A stretch of 61,967 nucleotides of DNA, filler included, from 6 parts of 6 records of this genome joined end to end with filler, not necessarily neighbours in it, one strand, 5' to 3'. Positions 52,960 through 61,967 are shown, counted from the whole stretch's first letter. Notes: a model not told the origin generated them from the letters alone. Numbers and translations: made by a program.

Positions 52960-54236
52960 TTTTCTAAATCTTCAACTTTTTCTTTCATTAACTTGTAGTT
53001 AACTTCATCACCCACTGCAGAATAAATATTTCGCAGAGTTCTTGCTGCACTAATATTATCATTTTCAATACTTAATATTGTCTCAAGGTAAGGAATTGCT
53101 TCTTTATATAAGTTGTTTCTAATATCTTGTAAATCGTCATATCTGTTATAATCTGCGTTAGAAGTTCCTAGAGAATTCATTTCTTCAATTATTCCTTCTT
53201 CTTGACTTAAAATTAGTGCTGCTATATTTAGATAAGCTTTGGTGTAATTTGGGTTTACTGAAATTGCTTTATTGTAATACATTTTAGCATTTTCAATATC
53301 ATCATTATCAGCTGAAACAACTCCCAGATTAAATAACAAATCAGCATTTGATGGGTCAATTTCCAAAGCTTGGGATATTAAACTCTTATAAGATTCAACA
53401 TCTCCAAGTTCCCATTTAATGTTAGATTCTAACAAAATTAAATTTATATCACTAGAGCTAATTACTTTTGCTTTATTTATGTATTCTAATGCATTATCAA
53501 TATTACCCATATTTTTATAAATTGCAGCCATAGATCTAAATACATTTAGCTGAACAGACTCGGTTATCTCATCTCTTCCATCTTTATGAGTTCCTGCTTT
53601 AATAAATAAATCCCTATTAGATTCACTACCAAATGATTGCTCTTCACCTGTTGCAATTTCAATAGCATAATAATTTGTAGTAACCCCTGTAAAGCCAATA
53701 TTTTCTAATTCACTGTAAAAGTTCATAGCAACATCAAAATCTTTTGTTTCAGTTGCTAATAATGCAGCATTGTATAGATAAAGAGTGTCTGATGGTGAAA
53801 CTCTAAATGCAGATTCGAGATTTGAGTAAGATGTTTTATAATCTTTTAAATCTAGTGCATTTTTAGCCTCCTCAACAAAATTATTAAGCATGGCTGTTTT
53901 TAGTGGGTTGACTTTATCTGTATATGTTTTGTAAGTAGAATCTTCTTCTAAAGAAATAACCTTTTTAAAGTTCTCTAACGCAATAAAAGAATCATCAAGT
54001 GATGACACTCCATCAGCATAATAAGCAACACCTTTAATATAATGGTATTTTGCTTTAGTTTTTAAATCTGCATTTAATAGATCAAACTTTTCAGCAGCTA
54101 CAATATTTTCTTTAGCAGCTACAAAGTTTTTTGATTTTAAGGCTTTCTCTGCAGCTTTTAATTCCTTTTTTTGTCCAAAGCCATTAAAAACTATTAAACT
54201 AAATACTAAAACTATTATTTTTTGATTTCTCATCAT
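52956..54236 (-). CDS. Secreted tetratricopeptide repeat protein
   Basis: Signal peptide and TPR-like repeats (ALEIDPSNADLLFNLG, AISVNPNYTKAYLNIA); lies downstream of gyrA as in Bacteroidetes. Confidence 0.88.
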   Translation of the reverse strand: MMRNQKIIVLVFSLIVFNGFGQKKELKAAEKALKSKNFVAAKENIVAAEKFDLLNADLKTKAKYHYIKGVAYYADGVSSLDDSFIALENFKKVISLEEDSTYKTYTDKVNPLKTAMLNNFVEEAKNALDLKDYKTSYSNLESAFRVSPSDTLYLYNAALLATETKDFDVAMNFYSELENIGFTGVTTNYYAIEIATGEEQSFGSESNRDLFIKAGTHKDGRDEITESVQLNVFRSMAAIYKNMGNIDNALEYINKAKVISSSDINLILLESNIKWELGDVESYKSLISQALEIDPSNADLLFNLGVVSADNDDIENAKMYYNKAISVNPNYTKAYLNIAALILSQEEGIIEEMNSLGTSNADYNRYDDLQDIRNNLYKEAIPYLETILSIENDNISAARTLRNIYSAVGDEVNYKLMKEKVEDLEN

Positions 54237-54260
54237 TTTTAAAAATTGGGGTTAATTATT

Positions 54261-56469
54261 TTATTCTTTTTTATTTGTTGATTCATCAGCTGTTGGTTCT
54301 GACTGTTGATTTTCTGAATTATCAATTAAAACTTCATTTATAGTCTCACTATCAATTTCTTCATCCTCTTCATGCATAACTTTTGCTACAGCAGCAATTG
54401 AATCATTAGCCTTCAAATTGATTAGTTTAACTCCTTGAGTGGCCCTACCCATTACTCTCAAATTTTCAACAGCTAATCTAATAGCAATACCAGATTTGTT
54501 AATTATCATAAGATCGTCATTATCACTTACGTTCTTAATTGCAACCAGGGCTCCAGTTTTTTCAGTAATTGAAATAGTTTTTACACCTTTTCCTCCTCTG
54601 TTTGTAATTCTGTAGTCTTCTAAACTAGATCTCTTACCATAACCATTTTCAGAAACAACTAAAATGTCACTTTCCATTTCATTTACTGCTATCATACCAA
54701 TTGCCTCATCTTGCTCGTTTTGAAGTCTTACTCCTCTTACTCCTGATGCTCCTCTACCCATAGGTCTAGTTTTAGCTTCTTCAAAACGTATAGCTTTTCC
54801 AGATTTAAGAGCTATCATTACTTGACTATCTCCGTTTGTTAATTTTGCTTCTAATAATTCATCATCTTCTTTGATAGTAATTGCATTAATTCCATTTGTT
54901 CTTGGTCTTGAATATTGTTCCAATGAAGTTTTTTTAACTTGACCTTTTTTAGTAGCCATAATAACATAATGATTATTAATATACTCTTCATCTTTTAAAT
55001 CTTGAGTACATATAAAAGCTTTTACTTTATCATCTTGTTCAATATTAAATAAATTTTGAATAGCTCTACCTTTTGAAACTTTAGTTCCTTCTGGTATTTC
55101 ATAAACTCTCATCCAGAAGCATTTACCTTTCTGAGTGAAAAATAACATGTATTGATGGTTTGTTCCAACAAATAAGTGTTCAAGAAAGTCTTCATTTCTA
55201 GTTGTAGATGCCTTTTGACCTACTCCTCCTCTGTGCTGTGTTTTATAAGCATCTAATGGAGTTCTTTTAATATAACCAGCATGTGAAATAGTAATTACTA
55301 CTTTTTCATCGGGAATCATATCTTCAATAGATAAATCACCTCCTGCATATTCAATTACAGATCTTCTTTCGTCACCATAATTAGATTTTACTTCTAATAA
55401 TTCATTAGAAATAATTTCCATTCTTCTATCTTTTTTATCAAGTATATCTTTTAAATCTATTATAAGTTTTGTGATATTATCAAATTCAGCTCTTAATTTA
55501 TCTTGCTCCAAACCAGTAAGCTGTCTAAGCCTCATTTCAACTATAGCTTTTGATTGAATTTCAGTCAACTTAAAGGCTGTCATTAGCTTATTTCTAGCTT
55601 CATCTGCATTTGATGAAGATCTAATTAATGCTATAACTTTGTCTATATTGTCTGAAGCTATAATTAATCCTTCTAAAATATGTGCTCTTTCTTCAGCCTT
55701 TTTAAGTTCATATTTTGTTCTTCTTACAACTACATCATGTCTGTGTTCAACAAAATAGTGAATCATGTCTTTTAGATTCAACATTTGAGGTCTACCATTA
55801 ACTAATGCAATATTGTTAACACTAAAGGATGATTGAAGAGCTGTGTATTTGTATAACTTATTTAAAACAATATTAGGGATAGCATCTCTTTTTAGAACAT
55901 AAACAATACGCATACCATTTCTATCTGACTCATCTCTAATAGATGTAATTCCTTCAAGTTTTTTACTATTTACAAGGTCAGCAGTTTTTTTAATCATATC
56001 AGCTTTATTAACTTGATATGGAATCTCTGTAATAATTATACATTCTCTACCATTTACCTCTTCAATATTTGCTTTACCTCTTACAACTACTCTACCCCTA
56101 CCAGTTTTAAAAGCGTCTTTCACACCATCATAGCCATAAATAACTCCACCAGTTGGAAAATCTGGTGCTTTAATATACGTTATCAACTCATCAATGTCGA
56201 TGTCATTATTTTTTATATAAGCAATTGTACCGTCAATAACTTCTGACAAGTTGTGTGGGGGCATATTAGTCGCCATTCCAACAGCAATTCCTGAAGCACC
56301 ATTAATTAATAATCCCGGTATTCTTGTAGGTAAAACTGTAGGCTCGTTAAGAGTATCATCAAAGTTTAGTCTATGATCAACTGTATCTTTATCAATATCA
56401 GCTAACATATCTTCAGAAATCTTTTTCATTCTAGCTTCAGTATATCTCATTGCAGCTGGACTGTCTCCA
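54261..56469 (-). CDS. gyrA: DNA gyrase subunit A (5' truncated by contig end)
   Basis: Frame is open from the contig end: [14 protein letters not shown] (catalytic Tyr), GIAVGMATN, GyrA-box QHRGGVG, beta-pinwheel repeats and an acidic tail. Confidence 0.98.
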
Positions 56470-56569
56470 NNNNNNNNNNNNNNNNNNNNNNNNNNNNNNN
56501 NNNNNNNNNNNNNTTAATTAATTAANNNNNNNNNNNNNNNNNNNNNNNNNNNNNNNNNNNNNNNNNNNN
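56470..56569. other. Artificial contig linker
   Basis: N44-TTAATTAATTAA-N44. Confidence 0.98.
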
Positions 56570-57586
56570 CCGCTCCGGGTCATCAATTGCGGTTTCATCT
56601 CGATTGCCGGACACGTACCACATGACAACCTTATCACCGGCTTTAATTCTTTGACCCTGAAACGACACATCGTGCTTTGCGATGCGACGCATATGGGTCA
56701 GCGGCGTTTGCCAACGAATAATTTCGGGAATCATCGAGGGAATCAAGCCCGGATTGGCACTGAGCTTTTGATACTCGAGAGGATACTGATTCAACCCCAG
56801 CACGCCACCAGAAATCGAATTTCGGGTTGTGTCGTTCCCCCCAACAATCAACAAAATTAAGTTCCCCAAATATTCCATCGGATCCATCTCCGCGGTTGCG
56901 GGGTCATTCGCCATGAGTGTAATCAGATCGTTGTGCTCTCTTGGATCCCAATGCACCCGTTCGTTCCACAGATCAGTGAATTCGCTCAGGCACTGCATTA
57001 AGCCCTCGCGCCGGTCCTCATCTGGCAGCGTGCCACCGGTTGCCACACTGGATGTCGCAAGATCCGACCAAGCTGTGAGCTTGTGACGCTCCTCGAATGG
57101 AAAATCAAATATTGTGGCGAGCATCTGAGTCGTGAGCTCAATCGAGACCTGGTCAACCCAATTAAAGGACTCGCCCGTGGGTAAATTATCCAATATCCAG
57201 CCAGCACGTTCGCGGATCACGGGTTCAAGCTTTGCTAAATTCATGGGCGCAACAACGCCGGTCACCGCTTTGCGTTGCAGATCATGTTTGGGTGGGTCCA
57301 TTGAGATAAAGTTTGGCGCTTCAAAATCTGCACTGCGATTACCGATACTGACCCCACCTTGGGACGAAAAGTCGTGATGGTTTTTATCCACCGCCATAAT
57401 GTCGTGGAAACGAGTAATCGACCAATAGGGGCCAAATGGGCTTTGTCTACAATAATGCACCGGCGCTTCTTGTCTAAGTCGCGCAAAGATTGGACGAAAG
57501 GCATCATTCTTAAAAATCATGGGGTCCGACACATCGATCTCGGATAAATCCTGCGCTACGCTCAATGGATCAAATGCTTCGCTCAT
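56570..57586 (-). CDS. Cytochrome P450, CYP153-like (3' truncated before the heme Cys)
   Basis: FISMDPPKH, I-helix NLILLIVGGNDTTRNS, EIIRWQTPL (ExxR) and WYVSGNRD. Confidence 0.92.
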
Positions 57587-57618
57587 CGCCGCTCATCCCG
57601 ATTGTTCTTTTGAAGAAC

Positions 57619-57668
57619 TGTGACATTTAAATCCAAACCTTGCAATGTCACACGATTCGCCGTCACAC
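57619..57668. promoter_or_regulatory. Inverted repeat TGTGACATT-N16-AATGTCACA plus a direct GTCACAC repeat in the divergent P450/kinase region
   Basis: Perfect 9-bp arms at 57619-57627 and 57644-57652; GTCACAC at 57647 and 57662. Confidence 0.6.
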
Positions 57669-57675
57669 CAAATCA

Positions 57676-57704
57676 TTGACATCTTTCTGCACGGGGCGTT
57701 GAAT
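57676..57704 (+). promoter_or_regulatory. Candidate sigma70 promoter of the phosphotransferase
   Basis: TTGACA-N17-TTGAAT: perfect -35, weak -10. Confidence 0.45.
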
Positions 57705-57721
57705 AAAACGTCTAAAAACTG

Positions 57722-59080
57722 ATGAGCACTCGCAACATGACTGAGCAATCAACCGACACGACCATTCCAAACGGCATGGCACTCCCCGCGAAACTCGCAG
57801 ACATTGACGCGGATTTCTTAAGCAACTTGCTGAAGGCGCGCGGACTGCTTGAAGCTGATAATGCGATCACGGCCATTGAAGAATCTGGCGTTGGCATGAC
57901 CGCGGGCTACTTTTCAGACATCAAGAAAATCCATTGCCAGTTTAAAAACCCCACCGATTGTCCAGCCCACCTTGTTGCCAAGGCTTGGCCAGATTTCGAG
58001 ATGCTGCCAGAAGATGCCATTAGCGATATGTTCATCAAAGACATCAAAGGCTACATGATTCCAGCCGAGCAGTTCTATCCAAGGCCGGTTGTCTATCTCG
58101 CCGATTTTGATACGACCAATAATCGATGGGGCCTGATCATGGAGGATGTCGATCAGTACGCTGAGCAAAAGGTTCATGAATCTGAATTAACGCTCGATGA
58201 AGTGCTGCAGATGATTCCGGGCCTTGTGGACTGTGCGGTCGCTTGGGAAGGTTGTGATTCTGGCGAACGCGCTGATACGCTGGCTGAATTTGAGGTGGGT
58301 CACTGGGGATCGGCTGAAAACCTTGCGTTGTATAAAGACGTGATGCCCGCGGGCGCCAAATTATTCGACAAAGTGGTCTCGATGAGCGAGTCCGATCTCA
58401 ACGATGGCACCTCCTGGCAAACGCTTTTTGGTACTGGGGTTGCTGAGTTGTTTACTAACAAGCTCGATGCCCACTTTTCAAAAATCGACCCCGCGCTCGG
58501 CGCGACCTGTACTCTGAGTCATGGCGATCTGCGGGGTGACAATTTATTTTTCTGCCCCAGGACCGCTGCAAATCCCCATGGTTGGTTAACCATCGATTTT
58601 CAATTGCTCTTTAAAGGCCCTATCCCATCTGACCTGGCTTATTTAATGAGCAGCGGCAGTGTCCTACCCGAGGTCTATGAAGCAGACAATCGCAACCGCA
58701 TCCTCAGAACTTTTTATGACTTATTTAAAACCAAAACCCAGCGTTATCCGGATTATGAATTCGAGCAATTTGAAACCGAGTTCGCGGCGATGTGCACGGT
58801 TATGTACATCTATTATATCGGGATGGGCGGCGCAATCTGGCGCGCCGCGGCGTTCGAAAATGAACAGCCTGGTCGAATCGAACTGGGCAGCAAAGCTTTC
58901 ACAATCGAGGACCTTGCGCCGGAAGAGCTCCGAAAGCGCATGTGGTGGCGAAAAACCATTCGCAACAATCGGGTTTTATTCAACGATTTACAGCTCGTGC
59001 CGCTTTGGCAATCAATGCCCGATAATGCCAGCGGCACTGGGGCTTGGGTTGAGCTACCGCCCCACCTTACGGCGCCCTGA
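57722..59080 (+). CDS. APH/choline-kinase-fold phosphotransferase, ecdysteroid-kinase-like (EcKL)
   Basis: GVGMTAGYFS loop, VAK lysine, LIMED, Brenner motif HGDLRGDN, IDFQ and DLAY. Confidence 0.85.
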   Translation: MSTRNMTEQSTDTTIPNGMALPAKLADIDADFLSNLLKARGLLEADNAITAIEESGVGMTAGYFSDIKKIHCQFKNPTDCPAHLVAKAWPDFEMLPEDAISDMFIKDIKGYMIPAEQFYPRPVVYLADFDTTNNRWGLIMEDVDQYAEQKVHESELTLDEVLQMIPGLVDCAVAWEGCDSGERADTLAEFEVGHWGSAENLALYKDVMPAGAKLFDKVVSMSESDLNDGTSWQTLFGTGVAELFTNKLDAHFSKIDPALGATCTLSHGDLRGDNLFFCPRTAANPHGWLTIDFQLLFKGPIPSDLAYLMSSGSVLPEVYEADNRNRILRTFYDLFKTKTQRYPDYEFEQFETEFAAMCTVMYIYYIGMGGAIWRAAAFENEQPGRIELGSKAFTIEDLAPEELRKRMWWRKTIRNNRVLFNDLQLVPLWQSMPDNASGTGAWVELPPHLTAP

Positions 59081-59099
59081 AACAAAGCGAAGGGCACAA

Positions 59100-59150
59100 A
59101 ATCTGCCGGGCGCTCTAAACATGGCTTAGAGCGCTGAATACCAGCAGATT
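59100..59150. terminator. Long bulged hairpin between the convergent kinase and SDR genes
   Basis: Inner stem GCGCTCTAA/TTAGAGCGC inside outer stem AATCTGC/GCAGATT. Confidence 0.55.
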
Positions 59151-59181
59151 AAACCCGCGGCAGGTATTGGCTTACCGAAAC

Positions 59182-59958
59182 TTAACTACCGCCGTTGATG
59201 GTAATGGTTTGCCCGGTCATCCAACTTGAAGCTTCTGACGCAAGATACACAACCGCAGGCGCGATATCTTCCGGATCACCCAATCGCCCTAACGGAATAT
59301 TCATCCGCTCGCCCATCTGCGGGAGGTCTTCTTCTTTTAAGCCCAGAAACTCCATGAACACTTCGGTGGGAATTGGCCCAGGTGAAACACCGTTGACCCG
59401 AATATTGTATCGAGCCAGCTCGGCGCCCAAGGTCTGGGTTAGATTGTTCACACCGCTTTTTGCAACCGCATAGGGCCCGTTAAAGGGTGACGCGCGATTG
59501 GCCGCTTGGGATGAAATATTAATAATGGCGCCACCACCACTGTCTTTCATAATGTCTGCCGCTGCTTGGGCACCGGTCCAGACCGCTTTTAAATTGAGAT
59601 TCATTTGAAAATCCCATTGCCGCTCTGGCAACTCGAGCAGCGTGCGCGCAACGCGATCATCCGCCCCACCGGCATTGCTAACCCAGCAGGTTAAACCGCC
59701 CATCTCATCCCGAGCGCGCGCCGCGAGCGCCTTTACTTGCTCGATGTCCATCACATCACAGGTGACCGCCAGCGCCCGCCGGCCTTTGGCTCGTATTTTT
59801 TCAGCGACCGCTTCCACTTCCGCCGTTCGTCTCGCCGCAACCACAACATCAGCACCGGCATCAGCCAATCCGAGCGCAATGGCCTCACCGATACCGCGAC
59901 CACCACCAGTGACCACCGCAACCTGCCCATCGATCTGAAATCTGTCTAAGATGCCCAT
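59182..59958 (-). CDS. Classical short-chain dehydrogenase/reductase
   Basis: TGGGRGIG, SNAG, NISS, YAVAK and PLGRLG; AAGGAG ribosome-binding site. Confidence 0.95.
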   Translation of the reverse strand: MGILDRFQIDGQVAVVTGGGRGIGEAIALGLADAGADVVVAARRTAEVEAVAEKIRAKGRRALAVTCDVMDIEQVKALAARARDEMGGLTCWVSNAGGADDRVARTLLELPERQWDFQMNLNLKAVWTGAQAAADIMKDSGGGAIINISSQAANRASPFNGPYAVAKSGVNNLTQTLGAELARYNIRVNGVSPGPIPTEVFMEFLGLKEEDLPQMGERMNIPLGRLGDPEDIAPAVVYLASEASSWMTGQTITINGGS

Positions 59959-60220
59959 ACGTTACTCCTTGGTTTTGTCATGACCTGACTTTGATGGATC
60001 GTATTTTTCTGCGTAAACCCCAGCGATTGCCACGTTCATCGCGCCTACATTTAAACCATTGTGTTTTCGCAATGTCCAGCGCCAATTGCCGCATCTTCGA
60101 TCGCGCGTGCTAAAAGATACCTGAATTCTTGGCATATTACGGTGTCCGTATAGCGCCTTCAGGCCAATCTAGTTCTGATTTAGGCTACTCGGGCTAATCA
60201 TTGCGATGCAAGATGCCTCG

Positions 60221-60265
60221 ACCCACCGTTTTTATAGCCCCCGTTTCTGTAGGCCCCGGTTTTAT
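60221..60265. repeat. Three imperfect tandem 15-bp repeats
   Basis: ACCCACCGTTTTTAT / AGCCCCCGTTTCTGT / AGGCCCCGGTTTTAT. Confidence 0.65.
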
Positions 60266-60449
60266 TTGAACCCGATTGTTTTGCAGGCGCACTGTCCTTG
60301 CGTAAGGCCATTGGTACAGCAAAGTCACTATAGCGTGACAGGCGCCGCCGCCCGACCACATTGCCCCCAGCCACCACCCCCCCGCACGCGACCCGGCAGC
60401 CCGTCGCAATCCGCGCCCAGTGCGGATCAAGTCCTGCTCAATCACGAAA

Positions 60450-61166
60450 TTAGTTTGGGGTATGCGCCTTCAAGAATTGCAGGACCCGTTCGGCAGTCGC
60501 CGCACCATTGGCCTTCCAATCTGTGATGAGCTCAGCGTTCGGTGCCAACGCGGCAATATCACGCGAGACCGATTCGGGGTGATAAAGATCCTGTCCCATG
60601 AGCACCAAGAGCGGGTTATCACAGAGCGCCACCTCGGCTCTGGTCGCGCTAAACACAAAGCCCGTGTCGTATAAATTAGACCGAAAAGACGACAAGGTCT
60701 GGTCGCTCAGCGCTGGGTCTAACCGCTTCTGATCCGCGGCCCAGCCATCAAACATCTCATAGAAAGCGGCTTGATTCTGATCAAGGCCAATGGATTGCTG
60801 AATCACCGCCGCGGCGACTCGCGATGGCGCCGCTCGCATTAAGCTAAAGCTGAAGGCCCCACCAATACAACCGCCGAGAAGATGACACTGATCAACCTGC
60901 AAGTGATCCAACAATCTTAAGTGATCAGCTGTATAGGTGAGCCAATTGTCTGCGGCTGTAATCGGCGCCTGAGAGGTGCCAGCATTTCTTTGATCCATCG
61001 CAATCACCTTGAAGTCACGCTGCAGCGCCTCGATTGGATTCCAAGGCCCGTGCGCCCAGAAATCAATTGCTGAGCGCATACCGCCCGGTGCAAACAACAG
61101 CACCGGAAACCCTTCGCCATAAATCTCATAGTGCAGATCAACGTTTTGGTCTTGAAATTGGGCCAT
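60450..61166 (-). CDS. Alpha/beta-fold hydrolase with Cys at the nucleophile elbow
   Basis: LHYEIYGEG.PVLL.APGGM, MDQRNAG.S, GGCIGG and PLLVLMGQD. Confidence 0.88.
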   Translation of the reverse strand: MAQFQDQNVDLHYEIYGEGFPVLLFAPGGMRSAIDFWAHGPWNPIEALQRDFKVIAMDQRNAGTSQAPITAADNWLTYTADHLRLLDHLQVDQCHLLGGCIGGAFSFSLMRAAPSRVAAAVIQQSIGLDQNQAAFYEMFDGWAADQKRLDPALSDQTLSSFRSNLYDTGFVFSATRAEVALCDNPLLVLMGQDLYHPESVSRDIAALAPNAELITDWKANGAATAERVLQFLKAHTPN

Positions 61167-61290
61167 TTTTAATCCTTGAGCCTAGTGATTCTGAATGGGC
61201 CTAATTAGGTTCTAAGCCCCGCAATTGAGTTGTTATGCCGGCGCACCTCGCGCGTCACGCCGTGTCGTTTAGTTTAAGCGCGCCTGCACG

Positions 61291-61967
61291 TTACCCGTCA
61301 ACAACTTGCCGCTTGGCGCCAACCGGGCGCCGCGCGAGGGTATGAATCTGCATCTCGGTCGCGACTTTTTCGCCCTTGATGAGTCCCGCCGCGCTTTCGT
61401 CCGGCAGCACACCAACCCAAACGGATTCATCCCAAAAAATCGGTCGCCTAAAATATATCGCAACGTCCATCTGATCGATGCCATTTTCCCACAGTGCAGC
61501 GGTGATCAAGTGAACGCCCTGTCCGCCGCCAATAATCGGCGCGCGGAATCCACCCGCACGAGCGGCCTCAACGTTGTAGTGAATGGCATTGCCTTCACTG
61601 CTATAAGCGGCTGTCGCCTCGGGAGTTAATGCATAGCGTGCAAGCAGTTGCAGCGCACCCGTCTCTGTAATGACCGGTGCTACCTGCTCGCCCGCGCCTC
61701 GCGTTCCGGCCAGCTCGGGATTGGGCTTGAGCGATTCGCGCGCAACCGACAGCACCGGCGTGCCGTCCGACAGCGTGATTTCAACCGCTGTTCGAATTCG
61801 GCGCCCCCTGGGCACCGGTCTGACCCACTGTATTTGTCCCGTTAAGGTAAGGGCTTCATCCAAGGGAATCGGTCGATGCTGAACCAGTTCGGTCAGCATA
61901 TTCACATTACCTTCCGCCGAGATACCGGACTCTGCACCGGCCTGAATACTCAAGCCAATAAAAAATG
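61291..61967 (-). CDS. MaoC-like (probably double) hotdog-fold protein; 5' end lies beyond the window
   Basis: NAIH...AARAGGFRAPI and FRRPIFWD; the frame stays open to the window end upstream of TTG 61953. Confidence 0.75.
   Translation of the reverse strand, partial: FFIGLSIQAGAESGISAEGNVNMLTELVQHRPIPLDEALTLTGQIQWVRPVPRGRRIRTAVEITLSDGTPVLSVARESLKPNPELAGTRGAGEQVAPVITETGALQLLARYALTPEATAAYSSEGNAIHYNVEAARAGGFRAPIIGGGQGVHLITAALWENGIDQMDVAIYFRRPIFWDESVWVGVLPDESAAGLIKGEKVATEMQIHTLARRPVGAKRQVVDG

Noticed and set aside
57619..57652. CRP site (TGTGA...TCACA)
   Set aside because: The half-site spacing is 24 bp rather than 6; kept only as a generic inverted repeat.
60194..60526. ORFs of 83 and 106 aa in the long intergenic region
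   Set aside because: Low-complexity Pro/Gly/Arg-rich translations with no clear ribosome-binding site or motifs; the 106-aa ORF overlaps the hydrolase antisense.

Overview
This window is not one locus. It is six unrelated contigs, probably from a marine metagenome, joined by identical 100-bp artificial linkers (N44-TTAATTAATTAA-N44). Taxonomic calls come from protein recognition and base composition only. (1) 1-11010: AT-rich Flavobacteriia-like contig with a DAACS symporter, aroC, dld, GH109, bshA, a GH3/serine-hydrolase fusion, a CCG Fe-S protein and a small HAD protein. (2) 11111-32720: gammaproteobacterial contig, plausibly SUP05/Thioglobus-like, with gpsA, trpG/pabA, cmoA, ubiC, recG, RidA, an MFS transporter, a polyamine-type ABC transporter, NCS2, tRNA-Leu(TAA), yciB, an RNB nuclease, lpxH, ppiB, rplU-rpmA, fabD-fabG and a Wzz-like fragment. 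(3) 32821-39308: low-GC Rhodobacteraceae-like contig with ispG, a rodZ-like gene, hemA, sdhE, aspartate aminotransferase, Lrp, fpr and an ArsC-family gene. (4) 39409-48591: SAR11-like streamlined alphaproteobacterium with lon-clpX-clpP-tig, tRNA-Leu(TAG), bdh, glnA, parE and a partial tRNA. (5) 48692-56469: Flavobacteriia-like contig with tRNA-Ser(GCT), a 7TM-HD phosphodiesterase, thiolase, NlpC/P60, a TPR protein and gyrA. (6) 56570-61967: higher-GC proteobacterial contig with an accessory metabolic cluster. Most of the window is housekeeping, and I saw no CRISPR array, integrase, transposase or phage gene. The best candidate for an undescribed system is contig 6. There a CYP153-like P450 is divergently paired, across a repeat-bearing operator region, with an ecdysteroid-kinase-like phosphotransferase. 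These sit next to an SDR, an alpha/beta hydrolase with Cys at the nucleophile position, a degenerate MaoC-type hotdog protein and a structured 490-bp intergenic region. Second best is the apparent clean loss of the sulfate-assimilation genes between Lrp and fpr in contig 3.
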